Assembly: GCA_902547535.1 (NCBI GenBank)
Contig: CACCOB010000004.1
Coordinates: 10,713 to 74,712 of the forward strand
Source: an uncultured Pelagibacteraceae bacterium
GTDB lineage: Bacteria > Pseudomonadota > Alphaproteobacteria > Pelagibacterales > Pelagibacteraceae
Direction: 5' to 3'
DNA length: 64,000 bases
Part shown: positions 53,461 through 63,826 of the stretch, one piece after another
Numbering within the stretch: position 1 is the stretch's first letter
Layout of the letters: each line of letters opens with the position of its first letter
Notes under the pieces: generated by a model
What the model was told of the DNA's origin: nothing
The model's input: only the letters and a program-made list of their open reading frames with translations
Databases searched by the model: none
Program-made: the position numbers and the translations under genes

Positions 53461-54792
53461 ATGAGTGATAAAAAAAAAGAATTAAAACCGAATACTTATA
53501 AATTCGATACATTAAGCCTACACGCTGGTTATCAACCACATAAAAACGCTGGTTCAAGACAAGTGCCAATTTACCAAACTACATCATATCTTTTTGATGA
53601 TGTCGATCACGCAGCTGCTCTTTTTAATTTAGAAAGAGGTGGACATATTTATAGTAGAATTTCAAACCCAACTGTTGGTGTATTAGAGGAAAGAGTTGCA
53701 TCACTTGAAGGAGGTACAGCAGCATTAGCTACATCTTCAGGAATGAGCGCAATATTTTTGACAGTAATGACATTATGCGAAGCAGGTGACCATTTAGTAG
53801 TATCATCTCAACTTTATGGAGGTACAGTAAACTTATTTAGATTAACCTTACCTAAATTTGGAATAAAATGTACATTTGTTAAACCAAGAGATACTGAAGG
53901 ATTTAAAAAAGCAATTCAAAAGAATACAAAAGGTATTTTTGGAGAACTTGTTGGAAATCCAGGTAACGAAATAATGAACATGCCTGAAATTGCTAAAATT
54001 GCTCATGATGCTGGAATTCCATTGATGGTAGATGCAACTTATCAAACTCCATATTTATGTAAACCCTTTGAGCATGGTGCTGATATAGTAGTTCATTCAC
54101 TAACAAAATGGATGGCTGGTCATGGATCTTCAATGGCGGGAATATTAGTTGAGGGTGGAAAATTTGATTGGATGCAAAATGATAAATTTCCAACAATGAC
54201 AAAACCTTATGAAGGATATCATGGATTGTCTTTTGCCGAAGAATTTGGTCCTACAGCATTTACAATGAAAGCTAGAGCTGAAGGTATGAGAGATTTTGGT
54301 CCTTGTTTAAGTCCCCAAAATGCATGGAACGTTTTACAAGGTATTGAGACCTTATCTGTTAGAATGAAAAAGCATTGTTCCAACGCGGAGGAAATGGTTA
54401 AATATTTAATGAGTCATGAAAGTGTTGCATGGGTATCGCATCCAAGTGTTCCTGATCACCCAGATCATGAATTAGCAAAAAAACTTTTACCTAATGGAAG
54501 AGGTTCAATGATAGCATTTGGGATTAAAGGTGGAAAAGAAGCGGGTGTTGCATTTATCAATAATGTAAAACTAGCATCTCACCTTGCAAATGTAGGAGAC
54601 ACAAGAACTTTAGTCATTCATCCTGCATCAGGAACTCATTCTCAAATGGATGAGGCAACTTTAAAATTTGCTGGGTTGTCCCACGACATGATTAGATTGT
54701 CAGTAGGTATTGAAGACATTGATGATATAAAAAATGATTTCGAGATTGGTTTTAGAGCAGCAAGAAAGCCAAGACTTGTGTCAAATCAATGA
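53461..54792 (+). CDS. O-acetylhomoserine aminocarboxypropyltransferase/sulfhydrylase (MetY family), paralog 1
   Basis: PIYQTTSY, YSRISNPT, HSLTK PLP lysine, ANVGD, RLSVGIE; SD AAGGAG. Confidence 0.9.
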   Translation: MSDKKKELKPNTYKFDTLSLHAGYQPHKNAGSRQVPIYQTTSYLFDDVDHAAALFNLERGGHIYSRISNPTVGVLEERVASLEGGTAALATSSGMSAIFLTVMTLCEAGDHLVVSSQLYGGTVNLFRLTLPKFGIKCTFVKPRDTEGFKKAIQKNTKGIFGELVGNPGNEIMNMPEIAKIAHDAGIPLMVDATYQTPYLCKPFEHGADIVVHSLTKWMAGHGSSMAGILVEGGKFDWMQNDKFPTMTKPYEGYHGLSFAEEFGPTAFTMKARAEGMRDFGPCLSPQNAWNVLQGIETLSVRMKKHCSNAEEMVKYLMSHESVAWVSHPSVPDHPDHELAKKLLPNGRGSMIAFGIKGGKEAGVAFINNVKLASHLANVGDTRTLVIHPASGTHSQMDEATLKFAGLSHDMIRLSVGIEDIDDIKNDFEIGFRAARKPRLVSNQ

Positions 54793-55607
54793 AATTTAAA
54801 GTAAATAATAACGAAGTTTTTGCCTCTACTGGTGGAAGACCTTTTGATAAAAAAAAACCATTAATTATTTTTGTTCATGGAAGTGGTCTTACCCATATGA
54901 CATGGGTGCTTCAAACAAGATACTTTGCTTTTCATGGTTATAATGCTCTGGCAATTGATCTTCCAGGTCATGGCTTGTCTAGTGGTGAAAGTCTAAAATC
55001 AATTGAGGAAATGGCAGATTGGGTGAATGATGTAATTGATGCTGTTGGTCATAAAGAAGCATCCTTGGTAGGCCATTCACAAGGTTGTTTGGTTACAGTA
55101 GAGTGTACATCAAGATATCCTGAAAAAATCAAAACTCTGAGTTTAATGGGTGGAGCTGGTGCTATACCTATGAATCCTGAACTCTTGTCATTAGCAGAAA
55201 ATAATGATCCTAAAGCAGTAGATTTGATGATGGATTGGGCGCATGGTCCAGCTGGTCACTTTGGTGGTCATCCAGTACCTGGTCTTTATCATATAAATAC
55301 AGGAACTATGCTTGCAAAATCTAGAACAATTCAAAATACATTAGGTGTAGATTTTAGAGCTTGTGATAATTATAAAAATGGATTTAAGGCAGCTGAAAAA
55401 ATTAAATGCCCTACTCTATCAATTTTAGCAACTGATGACAAAATGTGCCCTGTTAAAGAAGGAAAAAAATTAGCTTCATTAATAAATGGTAGCCAAGTTG
55501 ATATAATTGATAACTGTGGTCACATGATGCTATTAGAAGAAGCAGATAGAGTATTAACTGTACTTAAAAAATTTATAACTACAAATTATCCCCCATTATC
55601 AAGTTAA
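54789..55607 (+). CDS. alpha/beta hydrolase
   Basis: FVHG, DLPGHG, GHSQG nucleophile elbow, D..C, GH. Confidence 0.88.
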   Translation: MKFKVNNNEVFASTGGRPFDKKKPLIIFVHGSGLTHMTWVLQTRYFAFHGYNALAIDLPGHGLSSGESLKSIEEMADWVNDVIDAVGHKEASLVGHSQGCLVTVECTSRYPEKIKTLSLMGGAGAIPMNPELLSLAENNDPKAVDLMMDWAHGPAGHFGGHPVPGLYHINTGTMLAKSRTIQNTLGVDFRACDNYKNGFKAAEKIKCPTLSILATDDKMCPVKEGKKLASLINGSQVDIIDNCGHMMLLEEADRVLTVLKKFITTNYPPLSS

Positions 55608-55668
55608 ATTAAAGCTTGATTGTATTTTTTCATTTTAGTTAAATATAAAATTAAACAGAAGGGGAAAT

Positions 55669-56994
55669 ATGAGCAAAAATAAACATCCAGAAACAATAGC
55701 TTTACATGGTGGAGATTACAGAAGTGATCCAGCTACAACAGCAGTAGCAGTACCACTATATAGAACAACATCTTACCAGTTTAATGATACAGACCACGCT
55801 GCAAATTTATTTGCACTAAAAGAATTTGGAAACATATACACAAGAATTATGAATCCAACAAATGACGTACTTGAAAAAAGAGTTGCAGCTCTTGAAGGTG
55901 GACTTGCAGCTGTAACTGTTGGTTCGGGACAAGCGGCATCAACATTTGCAATAATGAATGTATGTCAATCAGGAGATAATTTTATTAGTTCAACTGATTT
56001 ATATGGCGGTACGGTTAACTTATTCACTCACACACTTAAAAAATTAGGTATTGAATGCAGATATGCAGATCCATCAGACCCAAGTAATTTTGAAAAATTA
56101 ATTGATGAAAAAACAAGGTGTTTTTATGCGGAAACTTTACCTAATCCATACTTGAGAGTGTTTCCAATTAAAGAGGTTTCAGACATAGGCAGAAAGCATA
56201 ATATTCCATTAATAATGGACAATACTGCAGCACCTGTAATTTGTAAGCCATTAGAACATGGAGCTGCTGTAGTGGTCCACTCACTTACGAAATTTATTGG
56301 AGGACACGGTACAGTCATTGGTGGAGCTCTTGTTGACGGTGGTAATTTTGACTGGACAAAGGATCCAAAAAGACAACCATTATTTAACGAACCAGATGCT
56401 AGTTATGGTGGGGCAAAATGGGGTGAAGTCGTGCCACAATTAACAGGGGCAAATGTTTCATTTGCTGTAAGAGCTAGAGTATGTCTTCTTAGAGATTTAG
56501 GAGCTCCTTTGGCACCAGATAATGCATGGGGAATAATTCAAGGTCTAGAAACTGTACCATTAAGAATGAAACAACATTGTTCTAATGCTGAGAAAGCTGT
56601 TGCTTTTTTACAAAAACATAAGAATGTAGAAAGAGTTATCTACCCTACCTTACACAAAGGTGAAATTGGCGAAAGATCAAAAAAATATATGAATGGCGGT
56701 AATGGAGCACTTGTAGGTATTGAGGTTAAAGGAGGAGTCGAAGCAGGTAAAAAATTTATAGAAGCATTAAAAATGTTTTACCATGTCGCAAATATTGGAG
56801 ATGCAAGAAGCTTAGCTATTCATCCAGCAACTACTACTCACAGTCAATTAACAGAGGAGGAACTTTTGGCAGCAGGTGTAACGCCAGGATATGTAAGATT
56901 ATCAATCGGGATTGAACATCCGGATGATATTATAGCAGATCTAGATCAAGCTTTAGGAGCTTCTGGAAAACCTAGCTTGAAAGCTGTAAGTTAG
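55669..56994 (+). CDS. metY: O-acetylhomoserine sulfhydrylase (MetY family), paralog 2
   Basis: GNIYTRIMNPT, HSLTKFIGGHG, ANIGDA, HPATTTHSQL. Confidence 0.9.
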   Translation: MSKNKHPETIALHGGDYRSDPATTAVAVPLYRTTSYQFNDTDHAANLFALKEFGNIYTRIMNPTNDVLEKRVAALEGGLAAVTVGSGQAASTFAIMNVCQSGDNFISSTDLYGGTVNLFTHTLKKLGIECRYADPSDPSNFEKLIDEKTRCFYAETLPNPYLRVFPIKEVSDIGRKHNIPLIMDNTAAPVICKPLEHGAAVVVHSLTKFIGGHGTVIGGALVDGGNFDWTKDPKRQPLFNEPDASYGGAKWGEVVPQLTGANVSFAVRARVCLLRDLGAPLAPDNAWGIIQGLETVPLRMKQHCSNAEKAVAFLQKHKNVERVIYPTLHKGEIGERSKKYMNGGNGALVGIEVKGGVEAGKKFIEALKMFYHVANIGDARSLAIHPATTTHSQLTEEELLAAGVTPGYVRLSIGIEHPDDIIADLDQALGASGKPSLKAVS

Positions 56995-58003
56995 ATCTTG
57001 TATTTATAAATAAAAAATAGACACAAGAAGCTACTAAAAATATTGAGCTTATTTGGTGCATAGATGCAATTATTATCTGTGCACCATATAATAAAGTAAA
57101 TATTCCCAAAACAATTTGCAAAATTATAAAAAATCCTAAAATGTTAACTGATTTATATAAATCAGTTTTTTTATTCCTATAAATATAAAATAATAAAAAT
57201 AGATAAAATAATCCTATTAAATAAGCTAATTTTCTATGTATAAATTGCACTAAAGAAGGATCACTAAAAGCAGACAGTTTTAATAAATTAACAATACTGT
57301 TATCGTTTGGAAAAATTGAGTTACCCATTAATGGCCAAGAATTATAAATTTTACCTGCATCCATACCTGAAACAAATGCACCTATAGTAATTTGCAAAAA
57401 TATTAAAAAAAGAAAACTAGATGGAAATATTATATTAATTGTATTTTCAAAATTGTTTTTAATTTTTATTTTTAAATAATTCCAAAAAATTAAAGATAAA
57501 ATAAAAAAAGCTACTAATAAATGTATCGATAATCTAAAATGACTAACATCTACCCTATCTATAAGGCCACTTCTAACCATGTACCATCCTATAAATCCTT
57601 GAAAGCAAATTAAACCAAAGATAAAGTAAAAATTTATTAATTTTTTGAATTTAATTTTAAAAGTGAAATATATTAATGGTATTAGAAAAGCTATACCTAT
57701 TAACCTTCCCATAAATCTATGAGCCCATTCCCACCAAAAGATAACTTTAAATTCTTGCATAGTCATGTCATAATTTTGTAATTTAAATTCAGGTATCTCT
57801 TTGTATAAATCAAAATACTTTATCCATTCAGAATTATTTAATGGTGGTAAAAAACCAGATAACAATTGCCACTGAGTAATTGATAAACCAGAATCTGTTA
57901 ATCTGGTCAAACCTCCTACAACAATCATCGCTGAAATAATCCAGAACATGCATATAAGCCATATTGATATAAGATTATTAACTTTTATATTTTCACTATA
58001 CAT
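56972..58003 (-). CDS. ctaA: heme A synthase (COX15/CtaA)
   Basis: GGLTRLTDSGLSI, WEWAHR, GWYMV.SG, QFIHR. Confidence 0.93.
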   Translation of the reverse strand: MYSENIKVNNLISIWLICMFWIISAMIVVGGLTRLTDSGLSITQWQLLSGFLPPLNNSEWIKYFDLYKEIPEFKLQNYDMTMQEFKVIFWWEWAHRFMGRLIGIAFLIPLIYFTFKIKFKKLINFYFIFGLICFQGFIGWYMVRSGLIDRVDVSHFRLSIHLLVAFFILSLIFWNYLKIKIKNNFENTINIIFPSSFLFLIFLQITIGAFVSGMDAGKIYNSWPLMGNSIFPNDNSIVNLLKLSAFSDPSLVQFIHRKLAYLIGLFYLFLLFYIYRNKKTDLYKSVNILGFFIILQIVLGIFTLLYGAQIIIASMHQISSIFLVASCVYFLFINTRSNLQLSS

Positions 58004-58046
58004 AGAGGGATAAATATAATAATTTTTTAATTATCCAAATATATAA

Positions 58047-58340
58047 ATGTCGCCATTAAAAAAAGAAAAACTCATTAAAATAAGAAAAGAATTGGATAAA
58101 TTAGACGACTCATTAATAAAAATAATTAAGATAAGAACCAATCTAGTAAAAAAAGTTCTAGCACTTAAAGAGAGAAAAAATCAAATTGTAGATCAAAAAA
58201 GAATTAATTTAATCTTAAAAAATATTAAAAAGAAATCAATAAAAAATAAAATTGATCCAAAAATTACAAATAAGATATGGAAAAATATGATATTTGCCTA
58301 CATAGATTTTGAACGAAGAAATTTTAATAAAAAAAAATAG
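58047..58340 (+). CDS. chorismate mutase (AroQ type II)
   Basis: IRKELDKLD..L....R.......K......D..R. Confidence 0.8.
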   Translation: MSPLKKEKLIKIRKELDKLDDSLIKIIKIRTNLVKKVLALKERKNQIVDQKRINLILKNIKKKSIKNKIDPKITNKIWKNMIFAYIDFERRNFNKKK

Positions 58341-58341
58341 A

Positions 58342-58533
58342 TTATTTACTATGAGGTGGCAACTTTTTTTCTACAAAAACTTCATGTTTCCTTGTTGCGG
58401 GATTATATTTTTTAGCTTTTAATTTTATCTTTGCTTTTTCTCCACCAGCCGGTTTTTTTACATAATAAAAAAAGGGGCTATCTGGTTTTGCCTCAGGAAC
58501 TAGTCTAACTTTAACGTGTGTTTTTTTTGCCAT
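58342..58533 (-). CDS. rpmG: 50S ribosomal protein L33
   Basis: MAKK....VRL, FY, L..KKYNP..RKH..F.E.K. Confidence 0.85.
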   Translation of the reverse strand: MAKKTHVKVRLVPEAKPDSPFFYYVKKPAGGEKAKIKLKAKKYNPATRKHEVFVEKKLPPHSK

Positions 58534-58900
58534 CTTTAAACTCTGATATTATATTTTTAATTTTTAAAACTTTAGATTTAATAATTTTTTTATGTTTTAT
58601 AGATGTATTGTATAATTCGTCAATATCTGAATCCTTAGAATTTAGAACCTTTTTAACCCCATTCAACGTCATACCTTTATCTTTTAATAAAAATTTAATT
58701 TTTTTTAAAATATTAATGGAATTTTCATCATAATATCTCCTATTCCCGGTAAAGATTTTTGGTTTAATTTGTTTAAACTCTTTTTCCCAAAAACGTATTG
58801 TGTGTGTTGATAATGAACCTTTTTTTAGATTGATTAAATTTAAAATTTTAGCTACCTCACCTATAGTTTTATATTTTCTATTATCCTTAAAATTATCCAT
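58511..58900 (-). CDS. MerR family transcriptional regulator
   Basis: TIGEVA..L, IRFWEKEF, RRYY; follows ihfA; start moved to ATG 58900. Confidence 0.88.
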   Translation of the reverse strand: MDNFKDNRKYKTIGEVAKILNLINLKKGSLSTHTIRFWEKEFKQIKPKIFTGNRRYYDENSINILKKIKFLLKDKGMTLNGVKKVLNSKDSDIDELYNTSIKHKKIIKSKVLKIKNIISEFKDGKKNTR

Positions 58901-59186
58901 TATTAATATATTTTTTAAATTCTTTAGATGGCTTAAAAAGAATAACATTTCTCTCAGAAATTATTTTAGTCTCATTTGTTTTAGGATTTCTGCCAAATCT
59001 TTGTTTTTTATTTCTTAACAAAAATGTTCCAAATTTTGCAAGTTTAACTTTTTTATATTTTGTTATATTAATTAACAATAATTCAAAAACATCTTCAAAT
59101 AAAGTTTCACTTATTTTTTTTGAAAAACCTATTTGCATATAAATTGAGTTTATAATTTCTTTTTTTGTTAAGTTTATTCGTTTCAC
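58893..59186 (-). CDS. ihfA: integration host factor alpha / HU-family protein
   Basis: LTKKEI, FGTF, GRNPKT, FKPS; GTG start. Confidence 0.85.
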   Translation of the reverse strand: MKRINLTKKEIINSIYMQIGFSKKISETLFEDVFELLLINITKYKKVKLAKFGTFLLRNKKQRFGRNPKTNETKIISERNVILFKPSKEFKKYINNG

Positions 59187-60194
59187 TTAGTTAATACTAT
59201 CCTTTATAGAGTCTATTAGTTTACCTCTAATAGTTTTTTCACAAACTTTGAGGGAGTTTGCAAAACCTATTGAGTCTGTTGAACCATGACTTTTTATAAC
59301 AGGTTTGTTCAAACCAAGTAAAATAGCACCATTATAAAGTCTTGGATCAAGTTTCTTTTTAAAGTTATTTAAATTTGTAAAATTTACAAATGATGAAAAT
59401 TTACTTATTAAATTTGAAGTTAAAGCTTTCTTTAGTTCACTAATTATGAAATTTGAGGTACCTTCTGCAGTTTTTAGTGCAATATTTCCTGTAAAACCAT
59501 CAGCAACTATTACATTAACATCACCTTCCATAATATTATTTCCCTCAATGTAACCCTCGAAATCAAATAAAGAATATTTTTTTTCACTCAATAATTGATA
59601 GGTATCTTTTATCATTGCATTTCCTTTTAGTTCTTCAGATCCAATATTTAGTAACGCGACTTTTGGCCTCAAATTTTCAAATAATGCTTTTAGTAAAGCA
59701 GAACCCATAATTGAAAAATCTATAAGATTTTTAGTATTACACTCAATATTTGCGCCTAAATCAAGAACAACATTCATTCCTTTTTTGCTTGGCCAGAGAG
59801 CAGATAGAGCGGGTTTATCAATATTCTCAATCATTTTTAAATTTAATTTTGATATTAAGAAAAGAGCACCTGTATTTCCAGCAGAGACAACTGCATGAGC
59901 CTCATCATTCTTTAATGACTCAACAGCAAGCCACAAACTGGTATCTTTGCCTCTTTTTGCAGCAGATAAAGCAGTGTCTTCTGCTTGAACAATTTTATGT
60001 GTGTGAACCAGTTCAAATCTCTTATTTGGAATATTATATTTTTTTATTAATGGTGTTATTAAATCTTTATCTCCAAAAATTTTGTAATTTACATTTAAAG
60101 AGACACTTGAGTGAAGACTCACACCTTTTATTACCTTATCAGGAGAATTATCACCACCCATTGCATCAATTGCAATGATTATAGGGTTGTTCAT
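59187..60194 (-). CDS. plsX: phosphate acyltransferase PlsX
   Basis: IAIDAMGGD, SAGNTGA, DGFTGNIALKT.EG, KSHGS. Confidence 0.96.
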   Translation of the reverse strand: MNNPIIIAIDAMGGDNSPDKVIKGVSLHSSVSLNVNYKIFGDKDLITPLIKKYNIPNKRFELVHTHKIVQAEDTALSAAKRGKDTSLWLAVESLKNDEAHAVVSAGNTGALFLISKLNLKMIENIDKPALSALWPSKKGMNVVLDLGANIECNTKNLIDFSIMGSALLKALFENLRPKVALLNIGSEELKGNAMIKDTYQLLSEKKYSLFDFEGYIEGNNIMEGDVNVIVADGFTGNIALKTAEGTSNFIISELKKALTSNLISKFSSFVNFTNLNNFKKKLDPRLYNGAILLGLNKPVIKSHGSTDSIGFANSLKVCEKTIRGKLIDSIKDSIN

Positions 60195-60200
60195 AAAAAA

Positions 60201-60380
60201 CTACTCTTTAGGGTCTAATACTTGTCTACCTTTATAAAATCCAGTTTTTAAATCTAAATGATGAGATAATCTATATTCACCAGATTTTTTGTCCTCAATG
60301 ATATTTTTTGAAGTAAATCTAATATGTGATCGTCTTTTTCCAGCTCTAGATTTTGTCGTTTTACGTTTGGGTACAGCCAT
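60201..60380 (-). CDS. rpmF: 50S ribosomal protein L32 (59 aa, not in ORF track)
   Basis: Manual translation [19 protein letters not shown]...RLSHH....GFYKGRQV; directly upstream of plsX. Confidence 0.95.
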   Translation of the reverse strand: MAVPKRKTTKSRAGKRRSHIRFTSKNIIEDKKSGEYRLSHHLDLKTGFYKGRQVLDPKE

Positions 60381-60384
60381 TTTT

Positions 60385-60858
60385 CTAAAATTTAAAGTTT
60401 AATATATCTTTTGTAAAGTTTTTTAAAGAGTTTTTTAATAAAAATTGATTATATTTTTCAAAATAATCAACTAATAAATCGTTTTCATCGTTAATATTCA
60501 TATATTTAGCAAATATATGTATTTTTTCATTTTTCACCATAAGTTCCCATTGTTCAACTTTTTCAAGAATAGAATAGAATAAATTTACATATTCTTTCAT
60601 TTTTTTATTTACAGCCACATCACCGTATCCAATTTCTCTGATAGAAAGTTCTATTTGTCTTATTACAAAATCAAAAAAATCTTGAGCATCATCTTTTGTC
60701 ATTTCCTTTTTATAAATTTTTAAAAAAAAACCAAAATGAAATAGAAGAATAACTAGTCTATCTGAAAAGGTATCAGTATTTTTTAAATTAAAATAAAGAT
60801 TTTTATTTCTAGTTAATTTAATTAAATTATTGTAAATATTTAAGTAACTGTTCTTCAT
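60385..60858 (-). CDS. ubiquinol-cytochrome c chaperone (Cbp3-like)
   Basis: DTF..R...[18 protein letters not shown]; divergent from bamE as in other alphaproteobacteria. Confidence 0.8.
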   Translation of the reverse strand: MKNSYLNIYNNLIKLTRNKNLYFNLKNTDTFSDRLVILLFHFGFFLKIYKKEMTKDDAQDFFDFVIRQIELSIREIGYGDVAVNKKMKEYVNLFYSILEKVEQWELMVKNEKIHIFAKYMNINDENDLLVDYFEKYNQFLLKNSLKNFTKDILNFKF

Positions 60859-61323
60859 ATGAAAAATAAATTATTAATAGTGCTATTTTTTTTTACATTT
60901 AATTGTTCATTAGACAGAGTTTCTAACACACATGGTTATAGATTTGTAGAGTCAAAATTTGATAAAATTGAAATAAATATTACAAACAAGAACGATGTTA
61001 GAAAAATTATTGGACCTCCTTCATCAATAAGTAATTTTGATAATAAGTGGTTTTACATTGAGAGGAATAAAACAAATCAATCATTATTTAAATTGGGTAA
61101 AAAAAAAATAGCTAAAAATAATATTTTAGTTCTTGAGTTTAATGAATTTGGAATGGTAAGTGATAAAATATTACTTAATTTAGATGATATGAATAAAGTT
61201 AAAAGAATTGATAAGAAAACACTTAAAAAATATGAACAAGATGATTTACTGTTTAATATTTTATCAACACTCAAAGAAAAAATTAATGCTCCAACAAGAA
61301 GAAAAAAGAGTGGCGGTCCCTAG
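60859..61323 (+). CDS. bamE: outer membrane assembly lipoprotein BamE
   Basis: Lipobox-like TFNC, HGY, V...IGPPS, WFYI. Confidence 0.82.
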   Translation: MKNKLLIVLFFFTFNCSLDRVSNTHGYRFVESKFDKIEINITNKNDVRKIIGPPSSISNFDNKWFYIERNKTNQSLFKLGKKKIAKNNILVLEFNEFGMVSDKILLNLDDMNKVKRIDKKTLKKYEQDDLLFNILSTLKEKINAPTRRKKSGGP

Positions 61324-61385
61324 GGGAATCGAACCCCTCTTTCATGGATGAAAACCATGTGTCCTAACCGATAGACGAAGGGACC
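61311..61385 (-). tRNA. tRNA-Glu(TTC)
   Basis: GGTCCCT acceptor, CATGG-ttTTCat-CCATG anticodon arm, GGTTCGATTCC T-arm, encoded CCA. Confidence 0.96.
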
Positions 61386-61420
61386 AGTGGTGGATCTTTT
61401 ATTGTAATTTTTTCAATTAA

Positions 61421-62365
61421 TCAAGTAATCGAAATCTCTTTTTTTACCAGTTTTAGGGACGACCTATTATAACCAACGATTGTCTCGGTAATAAAAATGT
61501 CATCTTTCTTTATAATTCCATTCATTAATTCACCAGAGGTTATTCCTGTCGCACAAAAAATACTTTCACCTTTTACAATTTCATTTATTTCATATTTTTT
61601 ATTTAGATCGATAATACCCATTTTGTTGGCTCTAATTTTATCTTTGTTTGAATTAAATATAAATCTACCTTGGAATTTACAGTTTAAATTATCTAGAGCT
61701 GCTGCAGCAATTACTCCTTCAGGTCCTCCACCTGTTCCCATAAATAAATCAACACCAAATTTTTTATCAGAAACAAGTAAAGCACCAGATATATCACCAT
61801 CTGATATATATTTAATATTTACATTTAACCTAATCAATTCACTGATTATTTTTTTGTGTCTAGGTCGATCCAGTATGCATACGGTAATTTCATTTGGATT
61901 TTTACTTGTAGCATTTGAATAATTTTTAATATTTTTTTCAACTGAAAAATCAAGATCTATTGTATCTTTAGGAACATGATTTCCAACAGCAATTTTTTCC
62001 ATGTAAGTCTCTGGTGCATTAAAAAGATTTCCTTTTTCAGATACCGCTAACACAGACATTGCGCCAGGTAGGTTTTTAGCAACAAAGTTTGTACCTTCAA
62101 CTGGATCAACTGCTATATCAATATTTGGTCCTTTTCCCTTTCCAAGCTTTTCTCCAATATAGAGCATTGGCGCTTCATCTAATTCACCTTCACCTATTAC
62201 AACTTCACCATTTATATTTAATTTATTTAGCATATCTCTCATGACATCAGTTGCAGATTTATCAGCTAAGATTTTTTCGTTTTTACCAATATATGGAAAG
62301 CACGCAATTGCTGAGTTTGAGGTTATGTCTATAAGATTATTTAATAAATCTATTGATAATTTCAT
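61421..62365 (-). CDS. glpX: class II fructose-1,6-bisphosphatase
   Basis: VVIGEGELDEAPML, DIAVDPVEGT, YMEK, GGGPEGV. Confidence 0.95.
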   Translation of the reverse strand: MKLSIDLLNNLIDITSNSAIACFPYIGKNEKILADKSATDVMRDMLNKLNINGEVVIGEGELDEAPMLYIGEKLGKGKGPNIDIAVDPVEGTNFVAKNLPGAMSVLAVSEKGNLFNAPETYMEKIAVGNHVPKDTIDLDFSVEKNIKNYSNATSKNPNEITVCILDRPRHKKIISELIRLNVNIKYISDGDISGALLVSDKKFGVDLFMGTGGGPEGVIAAAALDNLNCKFQGRFIFNSNKDKIRANKMGIIDLNKKYEINEIVKGESIFCATGITSGELMNGIIKKDDIFITETIVGYNRSSLKLVKKEISIT

Positions 62366-62371
62366 TTGTAA

Positions 62372-63367
62372 TTAAACTTTAGATTTTTCCTCAATTTCCT
62401 CAGTTTCTAGTTTAGTTTCAAATTCTCTTAATCTTTTATAAACACTTGCAAGCTCAATAATAGTTGGCCAAGCCTTTAAAATATATTGCATTGATCCTTC
62501 TACACGACCAAAAGCTCTAATTATTTGTTGCATGACTCCTAATGTAACTGCTCCAGCAACTATAGCTGGTGCCAAAAAAACATAAGCTGATAAGACGTTC
62601 GCTTGTAAATAAGCAATTCTTCCAATATTAAAATAAAGATACCTGATATAGCTTAAAAAATGAATATTTCTTACACCATCGAAAAGTTCCTCGATTGTTT
62701 TTGGTCTTACATTGCCATCATCCTCTGCAATTACTAAAATTTTTCTATATGCAGCCTCTTTTTTTTGGAGATCGTATTCAACACCAACTAATCTTAATAT
62801 TAAACCTAAAAAAATTAAAAATATTGTGCCACCAACTGACCAAATAAGGGCACCAACAATCAAACCATAATCCCAATCTCCAAAAAAGAAGATTGGAATA
62901 CCAATACTTAATCCAAATAAAATTGGCATAAACTCAACAAGTATCATAATAGCTTCAATTAAACTTGTACCCAATGACTCCATTATTCTTGAAAATTTTA
63001 TTGTATCTTCTTGAACTCTCTGTGAAGCTCCTTCGATTTTTCGAGCCTTTTCATATACACTATGATAATACTCAACCATAGCTGTTCTCCATCTAAATAA
63101 GTAATGAGATGTAAAATAACTAACAATTACAGCTACTCCAACATACATTGCAGCAAGAGTAATAAAAGAAAATAAACTTGCCCAATATTCGTCAATAGTT
63201 ATTGCATTTGGTGCACTCAGTGCTTTTTGAATCATATCGTAAAATTCACCAAACCATTTATTAATTTTCACATCAATTTGAACTTGAACCCATAATGATG
63301 ATAAAATAATCAATGATCCAATCCATGACCACAAATACCATTTTTTTATTGTAAAGAATCTAAACAT
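62372..63367 (-). CDS. SbmA/BacA family peptide transporter
   Basis: FYDMIQKAL, FRWRTAM, IEGASQRVQEDT, EAAYRK.LV..ED. Confidence 0.88.
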   Translation of the reverse strand: MFRFFTIKKWYLWSWIGSLIILSSLWVQVQIDVKINKWFGEFYDMIQKALSAPNAITIDEYWASLFSFITLAAMYVGVAVIVSYFTSHYLFRWRTAMVEYYHSVYEKARKIEGASQRVQEDTIKFSRIMESLGTSLIEAIMILVEFMPILFGLSIGIPIFFFGDWDYGLIVGALIWSVGGTIFLIFLGLILRLVGVEYDLQKKEAAYRKILVIAEDDGNVRPKTIEELFDGVRNIHFLSYIRYLYFNIGRIAYLQANVLSAYVFLAPAIVAGAVTLGVMQQIIRAFGRVEGSMQYILKAWPTIIELASVYKRLREFETKLETEEIEEKSKV

Positions 63368-63648
63368 TATTTAGTAAAATTATCAGCGTATGATTTCTTT
63401 ATTATTTTTCTCTCTTTTGACTCAATTACTTCAAATTCAATATTATTTTTCTTAGCATATTCTATTGCTAAATCTTTTGATTTAAATTCTAAATTTAATT
63501 CAGAATATGTATCAGAAGAACTCTCCCATCCCATCAAAGGGTTTTTTCCAGGATCATCTGTTACAAATTCAATCGTCCATTTATCAAACTTCTTCATGCC
63601 TGATTGCATTGCAGTTTTTGAAGGTTTGTAGATTTTAGCTTTTTTCAT
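63367..63648 (-). CDS. ETC complex I subunit (NDUFS4-like)
   Basis: AKIYKP..TAMQSG, NPLMGW.SS.D, SYADNF; start moved to ATG 63648. Confidence 0.92.
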   Translation of the reverse strand: MKKAKIYKPSKTAMQSGMKKFDKWTIEFVTDDPGKNPLMGWESSSDTYSELNLEFKSKDLAIEYAKKNNIEFEVIESKERKIIKKSYADNFTK

Positions 63649-63654
63649 AAACAA

Positions 63655-63731
<77 letters not shown>

Positions 63732-63826
63732 ATTGCAGTACTAATACAGCAGATAAAACAAAATTCAAAGGTTATATTGGTTACAAATTTCTAATATATT
63801 TGATATTTAATGCTATAAGAGATCAT

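Noticed and set aside
61386-61393. AGTGGTGG next to tRNA-Glu resembling AGTGGCGG at its other end (CCACCA on the minus strand)
   Set aside because: Only 7 of 8 nt match; too short to call an att site or tRNA remnant
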